Below are positions 38,160-49,161 of a stretch of DNA of 59,530 nt, piece by piece. The position numbers were made by a program, and so were the translations under genes. Every line of letters starts with the position of its first letter. Position 1 is the stretch's first letter. The notes under the pieces were generated by a model. It saw nothing but the letters and a program-made list of their open reading frames with translations. It did not search any database and was not told the origin of the DNA. Source of the DNA: Octopus bimaculoides (Eukaryota); assembly GCF_001194135.2 (NCBI RefSeq), contig NC_068995.1:34998404-35057933 (forward strand). The letters are read 5' to 3'.

Positions 38160-38910
38160 CGGTGATCCGGAAAAATCAACGATAAGCATCGCAAAGGAAT
38201 ATCACGTGCTGGAGAGGACTATAAGAACCGTGTCGCACGAGAACATTCGGTACAATTTGCATGTACTGAGGAGAGACGGATTCATATGTACAAAGCCACA
38301 AGAAAACCATTTGTTCCGTGCAAAGATTTATGTAAAAGAGTTTAAAAACATTTAGCCACGTGGTATGAATTGGTTCTTCGTTAGTGAGAAAAATTTTGAC
38401 CAAGAGAGAAAGTCTAACGGAAAAATCAAAGATATGAATGCGCAGCAGCTTCTGCTATCCCTAGAGAGATGCACACTAGATTTCCTGCAACGGAGATACT
38501 TTTAGCAGTGGTGAGTACCGAAAATCACGCCGTGCTGCTTCCAGATACGTTGAGGTGCCTGGAAGAGGAATGAACAACGCAGGGGAATGCAATACATGTC
38601 TCTCAAAAAGATTCAGCCCGTTCATACAAAACCGACTCAACAGAAAAATGGATGTCAGATAATTATTACGATCATGTAACACCAAGCTATTGACATTCAG
38701 ACTCGGCATATTTAAATCCCATAGACTTCTACGTCTGAAGCTTTGTTCAAAGGGAGACTAAACGATATCCACACAATACCACTGAGGGCCACCATTGTCT
38801 TGGCGATGCCCCGAATGAACAAGAGCCGTTTAATGGATGCATGTTAAAGGTTTTGGTTTCGCATTGAAGCAGTAATCAAAACTGAAAACAATTTCATAGA
38901 ATAATCTTAT
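38160..38910 (+). mobile_element. Tc1/mariner superfamily DD37D (maT) transposase pseudogene
   Basis: DPEKSTISIAKEYHV...WFFVSEKNFDQ...MHTRFPAT...VVSTE...QKDSARSYK...LNPIDFYV*...IEAVI. Second Asp at 38610 and third at 38724 are separated by exactly 37 codons. Confidence 0.88.
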
Positions 38911-39943
38911 AAGAAAGATTGCCAAATACATGTACACAAATGTATATCAAAATACATTTGGTTTTTGCTAGATTAGAGTTGGTTTATTAAATTACCAACT
39001 GCGTTCTCAAATATCGAAATCCATCTCACATACTGAATATATATACATACATATATACATANNNNNNNNNNTATATATATATATATATATATACACGCCT
39101 CGAGAGAGAAACAGTGACGTAACTGTTTGTAATTGCGTTTTTATTTGCTTTAGTTTATCGGTTTACATGTATAAAAGAAACCTAGCGAAACAGTAATTAC
39201 TTTTTTTATTTGCTGGAAGGTATATAAAGTATTTTCAGATATACTCAGTTCCTATGCAATGATAATTTGCTTCCTGTAACAGTCGCCTCGCACAAACGTT
39301 TATATAACTCCATGTTGATAGATTAAACTAATATAAACGTTTGTGTACATAACGCAATATTGTTTTAAGCAAGATACATATACATAGAAATAAATGAATA
39401 AAAAAAAACAAGTTTTAACCGTACTGCATTTGTTTCTTTCACGGTGAACTTACTAAGGAAAAGTAATTAAATATATTTATATATTGCATATATGACAAGC
39501 AAATTATGTTCCAGAAATGTTGTCGTTTAACTCAATAAGTTATTGCAAATGTATTAATGTCTGATATAAGGATGAAAGGAAGTCAAGTCTGGTACAAGCT
39601 TTAAGTTGTCTATTGTTTATTAAGAAATTATCTTCAAACGACTCAATTACCAGCGTAAGTCTTCTCTAATTGAACAACAAAATCATCAATTGCTGATACA
39701 CCTGTGAGATAAAGAGAGAAAGAAAGAAAGAGAGAGAGAGGGAGGGAGGGAGAGAAGCGGGTCACTGGGTGATGAAAACAGTGTGTCTGTACGAAGTTTA
39801 TCTGAGAAATGAATGGGTTTTGCATGTATGTCGCGATTAAGGTGATTAGTCGCATCTCATGCGAAAGTTATGAACGATTACCAACACTAAGAGGAATATG
39901 ATGTATCAATATATTTCCGCTTATATATATACATATATATATA

Positions 39944-40081
39944 CCCTAACTTTTCGAAACGCCAGTGTTGAATGGTGGCAGCTGATGAAGGAAATGTTCT
40001 CTATGTGGCCTGTGTGTTTTCTGTACTTGTTTATCATTTTGTCTACGTTTTGTTTGCAATGTCCAGTACCCAGATATGCAT
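39944..40081 (+). mobile_element. Short microsatellite-embedded repeat with GAAAC and CTGATGA motifs (PLE pseudo-LTR-like)
   Basis: Ends GTCCAGTACCCAGATATGCAT, 19/21 identical to 52949-52969; flanked by (AT)-rich repeats. Confidence 0.45.
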
Positions 40082-40789
40082 CTATATACACAGGTAGATG
40101 TAAGTATTATGTACATACATGTTCGTATATATGCATATACTCATTTATTATTTGTATTATATATATATATATATATAGGGAAGAAGATTTGAAAATGCAC
40201 AAGTCTTTTAAAGATATTTATTGACTTGGCTGGTTTCACGTTTTTAATAAAAGATTTTCGAAAGTAAAATGTAAGGCTTTGTGTAGCCTTTGTGGTGATA
40301 AAAAATGTTTAACATAGATGTATTAAAATACAATGATAGAGTCTCTGAGGGTGATAAGAAAATGTTAAGAAACAATCTTTGACAGGGGCTTTGTGTTTAA
40401 ACAGTTTACATAAAATTGTTCAAAATAGGTTGTAAAATAATTCATAATTATTTATATCTTCATCAATAATCATGTTTGTATTCAAGCATATCTACAGAAA
40501 GAATTTGTAGACAGTATTTGATAGGAGGAAGCTTGTATTACTTATTCAAAACTTCATCAGAAATCATATTTAAATATTTATACAGAATTTTAGGGGAATG
40601 ACCAACCTTTATTCTTCATCTCCAATTCTTGTATATGTGTTTGGCAAGGACGGTTGCTATTTTTAGAAATAGTGCAGGAGGTTGGTTGGTAGGGGAATGC
40701 ATTCACATGATCTGATATCGAATAGTTTGTAGAGTGAAAAGGATTTTTTTTTCTCTGGGCTAGTCTGTCATGGTTCAGTGGTTTTTGGA

Positions 40790-41350
40790 CTAGTCTTAGA
40801 GTTCAAGATGGTATGAATGAGAGAGTGTGTGTGTTTGAACGGTTCTGTGTGTGTGCGTATATATGTGCTTGTGTATGTGTGCGGGGATTTTTTGAGTGGT
40901 CTTAGGATTCAGTGAAGTATTTGTGTGTGTGTGTGTGTGTGTGTGTGTACATGAGTCTGTGTATGAGTGTGTCTTATAATTAGCAGAGTGGTGTGTATAT
41001 GTGTACACATTTGTGTCTGTGTCTGTATGATTTGTATTTGTCAGGGTTCTGTGTGCGTGTGTGTGTATATGTTTGTGTATATGTCTTTGTTCATGTGTGT
41101 ATGTGTATGTCAGTGTGTGTGTGTGCGTGTGTATGTTTGTGTGTGTTGTGTTGGTCAGGGTGGTGTGTGCGTGAGCCTGAGTATATGTGTGAGTGTCTCT
41201 CCGTGTATGTTAGTCATGTTATAATTGTCCAGATGTTGTGTGTGTGTGTTTGTATACGCATGTCTGTGGGGGTGCATATGTATGTATGTGTGTGAGTGTG
41301 TATGTCTGTGTGAGTGTGTTGTATTTGTCAGGACTCGGTAGTGGGTAGTT
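40790..41350. repeat. Degenerate (TG)n-rich tract
   Basis: Direct reading; generates spurious C/V-rich ORFs. Confidence 0.92.
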
Positions 41351-41366
41351 ATGTGAAATAAAGCTA

Positions 41367-42690
41367 TCATTCAACCCTGTTTAAAAATATACGATAGTAC
41401 AACGTTTCCTGGCTAGACAGTACTGGATGTTGCATTTTGTGTGTGACATAATTTGAGGGTGGCATTATTTGAAATTTAGGTATTGGTGTGTATCTGTAGT
41501 AAATATCAATTGTGATTCTGGTGTTGTTTTTAATTACCATTATGTCAAGAAATGATAACTGTGTATTGCTCATTTCTCTTGTGAATTTGAGACTAGGGTG
41601 TAGATTGTTGAGGTGCTGAATCCTTCCAGATTCCCTAGGGATTTATTTCAAATTAGGAAACAATCATCGAGGTATCTTTTCCACGTGTCCTCTATATGTG
41701 TTTTAAATGTCATGCCGTAGTTCTCTTCAATTGTTTTACATTGGTTTTGTTCCAAGTGTCCCAATACTGAGTTCTTGAAAACTGGAGCAAATCGCGTCCC
41801 TATAGCTGTGCCTCGAATTTGGAGGTAGTATTTTCCGTTGAAAAGGAATGTATTGTTTTCGAGGATGTGGCTGACCGCGTCCAGTATGAAGGTTACAGTA
41901 AATCTACTGCGATCACTTCTCTATGTTTTTCGACCCAATATTTTATGGCAGTAATTCCCAAACCGCGTGGAAGATTCGTATATAAGTTTACTATATCAAA
42001 ACTAACAGTGAATTAGATTCTGTTGTCTTGGGCAGATGTGACAGGAAATCGATGCCATCTCGAATGAAACTGGATATGTAACTACATATTTGTTTTAGAA
42101 TAATGTCAATGGGGTTGCTCATAGGATGTGTAGGACAGGCGTGACCAGCTATGATGGGTCTTAGTTTAAGGTTTTTTGGCTGTAGTAGTTTCGTGTATTC
42201 AATACATTGTTCCTTTATAGCGTTTTGTATTTCTTTCGTTTTGTGTATTTTAGTTAAGTTATAGAAGATGCTGGATTTCGACTCAAAATTGGTAATATAG
42301 TCCCTTTCATTAAAAGTAACAGAGTTATAATGATTTCAGACTAAATAATTGAGTTTCTTCATGATGCTGCCGTCGATATTTGAGTGCCTTTCACGTTAGA
42401 ATGTTGTATCCTTCAAATGATCTTCAGCTGAATCCCGGTAATATTCTGTATCCATTATAACAAAGGCACCCCCTTTATCCGCCTGTTTGATGACAATTGT
42501 GACGTCATTTTGAAGACGTATAAGGGCAGACTTTTCTAGTTTTGAAATGTTTGCTCTGACGATGATTTTATGCCTCAGTGGCTTTCTGGAGAGGTTTGCA
42601 ATGAACCAATCTAGATGTGTGTTTCGTCCTATTGGCGGGTTAAATTTTGATTTAATTTTCGTCAAGTATTATGCTTTCTCATTATTTTTA
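41367..42690 (-). mobile_element. Penelope-like element reverse transcriptase pseudogene
   Basis: KSKFNPP...LDWFI...NISKLEKSALIRLQND..IVIKQADKGGAFVIMD (42396-42665), LRPIIAG..CPT, GTAIGTRFAP, WKRYLDDCF (YLDD at 41663-41674) and LSFLDIMV...IDIYY. These are PLE RT motifs in the expected order. Confidence 0.92.
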
Positions 42691-42825
42691 TCAGTAAGAC
42701 CTCCATATATANNNNNNNNNNAGAAAGAAAGAGACATCGATATTATGTAAACAGAGGAATTTATCTGTAAATATATGTGACAATTATTTGGTAGCCATGA
42801 TAAAACTCCAAGGGGATATGTTTTT

Positions 42826-42910
42826 CCCACTGAAGATATTATGCTCAGGGTATATAGATTTAATATTTACTTAGTATTTACTGAGTGTTAATTCAAACAG
42901 CTGTAAGGGA
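42826..42910 (+). ncRNA. Degenerate type I hammerhead ribozyme motif with extended helix II
   Basis: CCCA-CTGAAGA (42830-42836), helix ATGCTCAG/CTGAGTGT, then CAAAC-AGCT-GTA-AGGGA. It has a palindromic helix III loop and TCCC/GGGA helix I, but G12 of GAAA is missing. Confidence 0.55.
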
Positions 42911-45357
42911 TGATGATTAATCTACTGTTAATAATAAACAATTATTAACTTCCCAATCTAAATTTTCTTTTTATTCTTGTATATGTTTAAGTATACATTT
43001 ATATATATNNNNNNNNNNNNNNNNNNNNNNNNNNNNNNNNNNNNNNNNNNNNNNNNNNNNNNNNNNNNNNNNNNNNNNNNNNNNNNNNNNNNNNNNNNNN
43101 NNNNNNNNNNNNNNNNNNNNNNNNNNNNNNNNNNNNNNNNNNNNNNNNNNNNNNNNNNNNATATATGTGCGTGTGTGTGTGTGTGTGTGTGCGTGCGTGC
43201 GTGCGTATATGTATGTATGTATGTATGTATGTGTTTAGGTGTGTGTGTGTTTACTGTAGGACATGCAGTTTAAAGAAAACGCTGTTGTGAATGAATTATA
43301 GGTGCTATTTCTAGCAGATCAAGCAATCATTTAGAAGCATCGAAACCAGTCCACATGTCCTTACGTGACTGGCAGCAACACAGGTATAGTAGATCATAAT
43401 TCCACCTCAGGAGCAACTCTCCTCTCCTCGTTCTCTCTATTCACTCTATCCATCATCTCTCTTGCTGTGCACCTGTATCTCTCACACACCTATGTTTATT
43501 TTCCTTCTGAGAAATGGTTGATGCTAAAGGCAACATGTAGTATGAGTCACTTCCATTTCAATACATCAGAGATGTAACTAATTTTATAAGCATTGAGATA
43601 TGAATTATTTAGAGAAGCTGTGAATAGTGGTGGGAGAAAGAGCTGATATAATATTGGTTATATTTATCCGTATACTTTCATAATATATTATACTAAAGAT
43701 TGTTTACACGTATAACAGACGTAATGATAAAACATCCGACAAAATGGCTTGTAATATGCAGTTGTATTTGTTTCCGTTTTGAATTCCAATCCCGTTCTTT
43801 CCCACCAAATTTTTGCATTAAACCAATGTCCGAAAACGTTACGTCTATATTAATGCACTACGGCCAAATTCGTGCCGCTGTCACGTAGTTCGTTGAAAGG
43901 AGAACCAGCTTGTAGAAGTTTTGTGAATAGCTATTATCGAGTGTACAACGGCCTGACTATCAGTTGAGTTCATTGAAAACATAACACCATCCGTCTACTT
44001 TTGATAAGGGAAGGCGTACTCTTTTCCTCTATTTGACGGCCTAAGCAAAAAATGTTGATTGTTGGATTAAAGGGATTGAAAAGAAATACTTACCTTTTCG
44101 GCCCACACATCGTTGAAATTTCAAGTTCCATTCGGAAAATGAAGAGAGGAAAGTTGAGAGAGTTCTGTCTCTCAGTAAATTTAATAAAACGTTTGAGAAA
44201 GTAACGAATACAAAATCGCATTTAGGCAGGTAAACAGCTGCTGAGAGATGGCCCATGCCATCTTTGTCGGTGTTGTCCAGAATTGGTAGCTGAATTTGAT
44301 AGTGTCCCCCTCGAATAGAGTAGACATATTTTATAGGAATATTTTTGCTACTTTGTTTTTCATTTTACTCAATTTTAAACGTCTTGCTGAAAACACCATG
44401 TTTGTACCATGCACTATCCTTCATTTCTCACTACTCACTTCTCAATAGAGAAATTAGGATTAAAACTATTACTTGCTATAATGACAGAACATTAAGATTG
44501 GATGTGGTAAGTGATGCATGCATTCTCTCGTTTTCCTAACGATTATGATGTCCGCACTTCTTTCAGCAAATGTTTGGGTAGAATTGTGTTGGAGTAGTCT
44601 TGATCTAGAGATAAATATGAAATTCACTGAATGTTACATCTACAGTCGCATATGTGCGCAAATGTTATGGTGTGTGCTTTCATACATCGTAGACATTTAA
44701 CCTCAATATAAACTGCACAGAAATATTTTTTTCCACATCGAGAATGGTTCATAGAAACCTCTTAATCTTTAGAATGAAGGATGGGAATAGCATTTTAGAT
44801 GTATGAATTTTGTAGGCGTTATTGATAGAAGATTGTTTGCAAAAGCCTCAGTGTTTCTCAGTTCTAACAATCTTGAAGGTAACGTTTGGTTTTACCGAGA
44901 ATACAGGTACGTGGATTTCAAAAACCATAACAGTCCATCCAGGTCGTTAGGTTTGTCGATAGTTGACAGGTTAGTGCAGACCCCTTAAACGCAGTACAGG
45001 AACGTGTGTGTTTACATGTGGGCGAATAAAATAAAACAATGCAAATAATGAAAATTACTAAAAATCTTAGTATTGGAACAGCTAGTTAGTTATACCAGCT
45101 AATAATGAAAGAGAACTAACGTGGTGGCTAACCTGTGACAAATAACAACGGATTGCACTTTTCTTCTCAAATCACCTACCATCTTGAAAACGGAAGATAC
45201 TTTTAGAACTTTGGTTAAGCAGTTATTAATTCCCCCTGCGCTTCTGTCTTGCTAATGTCTAGAAAGAATGTCTGATTTTTCTTAACAAAATTCGGTTTAA
45301 ATTTGATATGGTTTTTTGTCTGAATATGACATATTTTGATGATTTAAGTATGCTAAA

Positions 45358-45408
45358 ACACACAGAGACGCGCGCGTGCGCTCTCTCTCACGCACACACA
45401 TGCATATG

Positions 45409-45439
<31 letters not shown>

Positions 45440-45505
45440 GCATATATGTTTGTACGTATGTGTGTGTGTGTGTGTGTGTATGCATGTTTGTTTGTATGTA
45501 TGTAC
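45358..45505. repeat. Compound (CA)n/(TG)n microsatellite
   Basis: Direct reading. Confidence 0.9.
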
Positions 45506-46279
45506 GTCAATCACTCTACACTAGACATAGTTTACGCTATGCCAGTTTATATTTAATAAGACAGTTTATATTTAGTAAGATAAGCTTATATTTCAGTATA
45601 AATTTCTCTTGAATACTTCAATTCAGTATTGAAAAGATAAGATTCTTCATCCTCGCAGATTTTACAGTTCTAAACAATGCATTGAGTTCTTTAACTGACT
45701 TATTTACGGAAACGAAGAATAATCTCTGGAAGCTTTGCCACAGAATTTCTGTTGGATTAAGTGCCGGCGTGTTACAAGGCCATTATAGTTTATTTCATGG
45801 TATTTCTGCCACTTCACAATGGTTGTTACTTATGGCACATAAACCAGTCATACTGGAAAATTGCCACATCTGTATTTTTTAGCATTTAAAGTTCCTTTTA
45901 TAATTTCAATATGGCTAACATATTCCTAGACATAAAACTCTGTCGTTACACACAGACAGGACGCTTCATTCTTACTACTTTACGCAAGTGCAACCTATCT
46001 TCATTTCTCCATGCACTTCACTTCTTTCAATCCATTATTGTGGAGAAGTGAGATTTTCATCTCATTCCAACATGGCCTTACGACATTCTTCAGCTTTCGA
46101 GTCTTCTGTTCTATTTAACAAAAATGATGTATTCATATTTTGTTGTGTCAATGAATCTTGCAAACCAGATACAAAAACGATGTATTCATTCTCTGAAGAA
46201 CTTTCAGCTATATTTGGTTTTTAACACTCTTCTTGAATTCTCCTAAAGAGTTTGGCTTTGATTGCAAATTAGAAATCTC

Positions 46280-46465
46280 TACCATAGACACAATTTGAAG
46301 TCTGGAGTGATGTTAGTCAATTACATTGACCCTAGTACATAACTGGTGCTTTATTTTATCGTATCCGAAATGATGAAAGTTATAATTGAAAGGATTTAAA
46401 CTAAGAGACGCAACAAAACCTGCAAAATATCTTCCCAACAGTTTCACCATTCTGCCAATCGTTTG
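46280..46465 (-). mobile_element. SINE family B, strongly diverged
   Basis: TTAGTCAATTACATTGACCCTAGTACATAACTGGTGCTTTATTTTATCG...GATGAAAG...CCATTCTGCCAATCG. Confidence 0.65.
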
Positions 46466-47842
46466 CTCTCATCTCAATGCTTCTTGGATTGTGTCATTCG
46501 CTTTCTTTTCATATGTAGTAAAATTTGATCATTAACAGTCGCGTTTGTAGAGTACCGAGAATAGATTTAAGAGTTGATATTCATACACCAACTATTGTGA
46601 TAATTAACATGTATAGTTCTTTATAGTGTAAATAATTAATATCACTGCATAATAACATGCAATGGGATCAATAAAATTACAATGTCTGCGGTAAAATTTT
46701 ATTCATCTCTGACAACTAGAAGGAAATTGAACCGATAATTTCATTTTATTTACAGTGGTTTCGATCGTTTTATTCACATTCGTGAAAGCAACATTTAAAG
46801 TATTAAATTACATCCATACACAAATAATGATATTGCACACACACGTAAACACACTCAATTCCGAGTCTTACAATAAACTACTATTGACAAACTTTGTTGA
46901 TCTAAACATTAGTGGAAAGTTGAGTCCGTTTCACATGTACACTCACCCTGTCGACAGAATTGTCATATCTTTTCTTCGCTTACTTTTCTTCAGTATGGTA
47001 TTGCAGCTTGATGCATTGTTTCCCTTATTTCTTTGTCTCCATTAAGTTCTATAAATTCTATACAAGTTTCATGTGTCAGCGCTTAACGAAGGTAAACAAA
47101 ACTGATATTAGATGAAACAACTGTCTTATGAAGGCAGTTGCTTCACTGTGTATTATGTTAAAGACAGACGGAAGATTAAAGCTGGAAGCTACAACCCGTC
47201 CGTCTCACGTTCACATTGGAAACAGACAAATAATTTTCCTTGAACCTCACTTGCCTTTCTCCAAAAGTTGGCAAAGAATTGTCGAAATACTTTTGAGACT
47301 AATATAATTGTCCAATTAAGCTAATCATTTACAGCAATAAATTCCTGCTAACAGTGCTACATACTATATTTAATACTGAGGCCGATGTACAAACACATGC
47401 TCTACTCCAGGCATTTCTTCCACTGTCTCATTACCAGCCTTATTTCTGTCGACTCTCCCTCTCCCCAACTGTCTCTGTATGTACATGTCCCTTTCTGCTT
47501 CTCTCTTCCTTTCTGTTTGGGTGAAATGTATATTTGTTTTTTCCTTGTGCAACTTCAGGGACCGCTTTCTATGGCCAGTAAAATAATAATTCTACAAATG
47601 GAGCAATGTGACTTGTTCTCTTTTCTTTTTATACACTGTGGCAATTATACATTCTCGCAGGTCTTCATGTATAATTTTTGTTTCCATTTTGCCGACGAGA
47701 AAAAAGCCAATGGAGAAGTAGCTTCTTAACAATTTTATATAACGTTTGGGCCATTGATGAATGACATACTCTCTCTCCATTCCAGAGTTCAGACATCATA
47801 ACATTATGCATGCCTTGAAGTAAAGACCACAGTTTAAAAATA

Positions 47843-49161
47843 TGAGGAGATACCCAAAAGCAACCGGAAACGTTCTCTGTGGGACACGTTCGTTGTAGTT
47901 CAGGTTTCTGCCGCTAGAAGCCACTTGATGCGACCCTCAGGCATCAGTCTGACGATCGGCGTCATTAGCTGTAATCATACTGCCACGTAATGTGTCTTTG
48001 TTTCACAGTGCTCCTCCCCTGTTCATTGACTTTTGCGATGGCTGAAACGAAGGAACAGCGTGTTTCCGTGAAATTCTAATTTCTGCTGGGGAAAACGGCG
48101 CCTGAAACTATTATCATACTTCAAACAGCTTACACGGACGCTGTCATGAGCAAAACAAGGTTTGCAAGTGGCTTTCATGCTTTAGAAATGATTACTTGAG
48201 GCTTGAAAACCAACCTCGTTCAGGGCGACCGCCGACCTGCTGAACGGATGAAAACATCACGAAAATTCCTGAACTGATCTTTGAGGGCCGTCACCGAACA
48301 AGTGACGAACTGAAGAACTTACTTACATGACTGGTGTCCTGGAACTCCTGCAAATGTATTTCGAACGAGGAATTGCGAATAAAAAGAGTTGCAGCAAAAT
48401 TTGTACCTCACTCCCTCAAGGAAGATCAAAAGCACTCACGACTAAATGCGTGTCGTGAACTGAAAGAATAGTTGGCAGTTGATTCGGACGTTTTTTCGAA
48501 GGCCATTACTGGTGACGAAAGCTGGTGTTACTGATGCGACCCGGAAACGAAGCAGCAATCAAGTCAATAGAAGCATTCAATGTCACCACTTCTCCAAAAA
48601 GCGCGTCAAGTGAAGTCTAATGTCAATACGATGTTACTTTGTTTCATCGATGCGAATGGAATTGTCCACACAGAATTTGTTCCTACTGTTCAAACTTTTA
48701 ACCAGGCATTTTATTTGGCGGTTCTAAAGCGTTTGTGAGACGCGGTGAGTCGAAAGTCCGACGACCTATGGCAAAGTGGAGAGCGGTGACTTCATCACGA
48801 CAATCTGCCTGCGCACTCTGTCTTGAGCGTGAGACAGTTTTTAACCAAAAATGGCATGACCCCACTGACTCACCCTTCCTATTCACCCGATCTTGCTCCT
48901 TGCAATATCTTTTTGTCCACCTCAATGAAAATTAGTCCTTAAACGTTTTAGAGATGTGGAAGAGGTGAAGAAAAATATCGACAGTGGGGTCAAAAGGCAT
49001 CACTTTGCAAGAGTTCCAGGACTGCAACAGTGGAGAACGCGTCTGGACCGATGCATTGCTTCAAACAGAGAATATTTTGAAGGCAATAAAAGTGTAAATA
49101 TATAAAACTAAGTGGATAAAATAATACTGCAAAATTCCGGTTTCTTCAGGATACCGCCTCG
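47843..49161 (+). mobile_element. Full-length inactivated mariner element (DD34D type), 1319 bp
   Basis: 27-bp TIRs (47843-47869 and 49135-49161, 20/27 identical) with TA on both sides. Transposase 48038 to about 49105: EQRVSVKF, PRSGRP, KFVPHSL, ITGDESWCY, HHDN, HPSYSPDLAPCN, YFEG. The second D is followed by 34 residues and then N. Confidence 0.96.

Noticed and set aside
45990-46240. Acidic minus-strand frame resembling a piggyBac N-terminus
   Set aside because: No diagnostic motif or TTAA termini; two stops.
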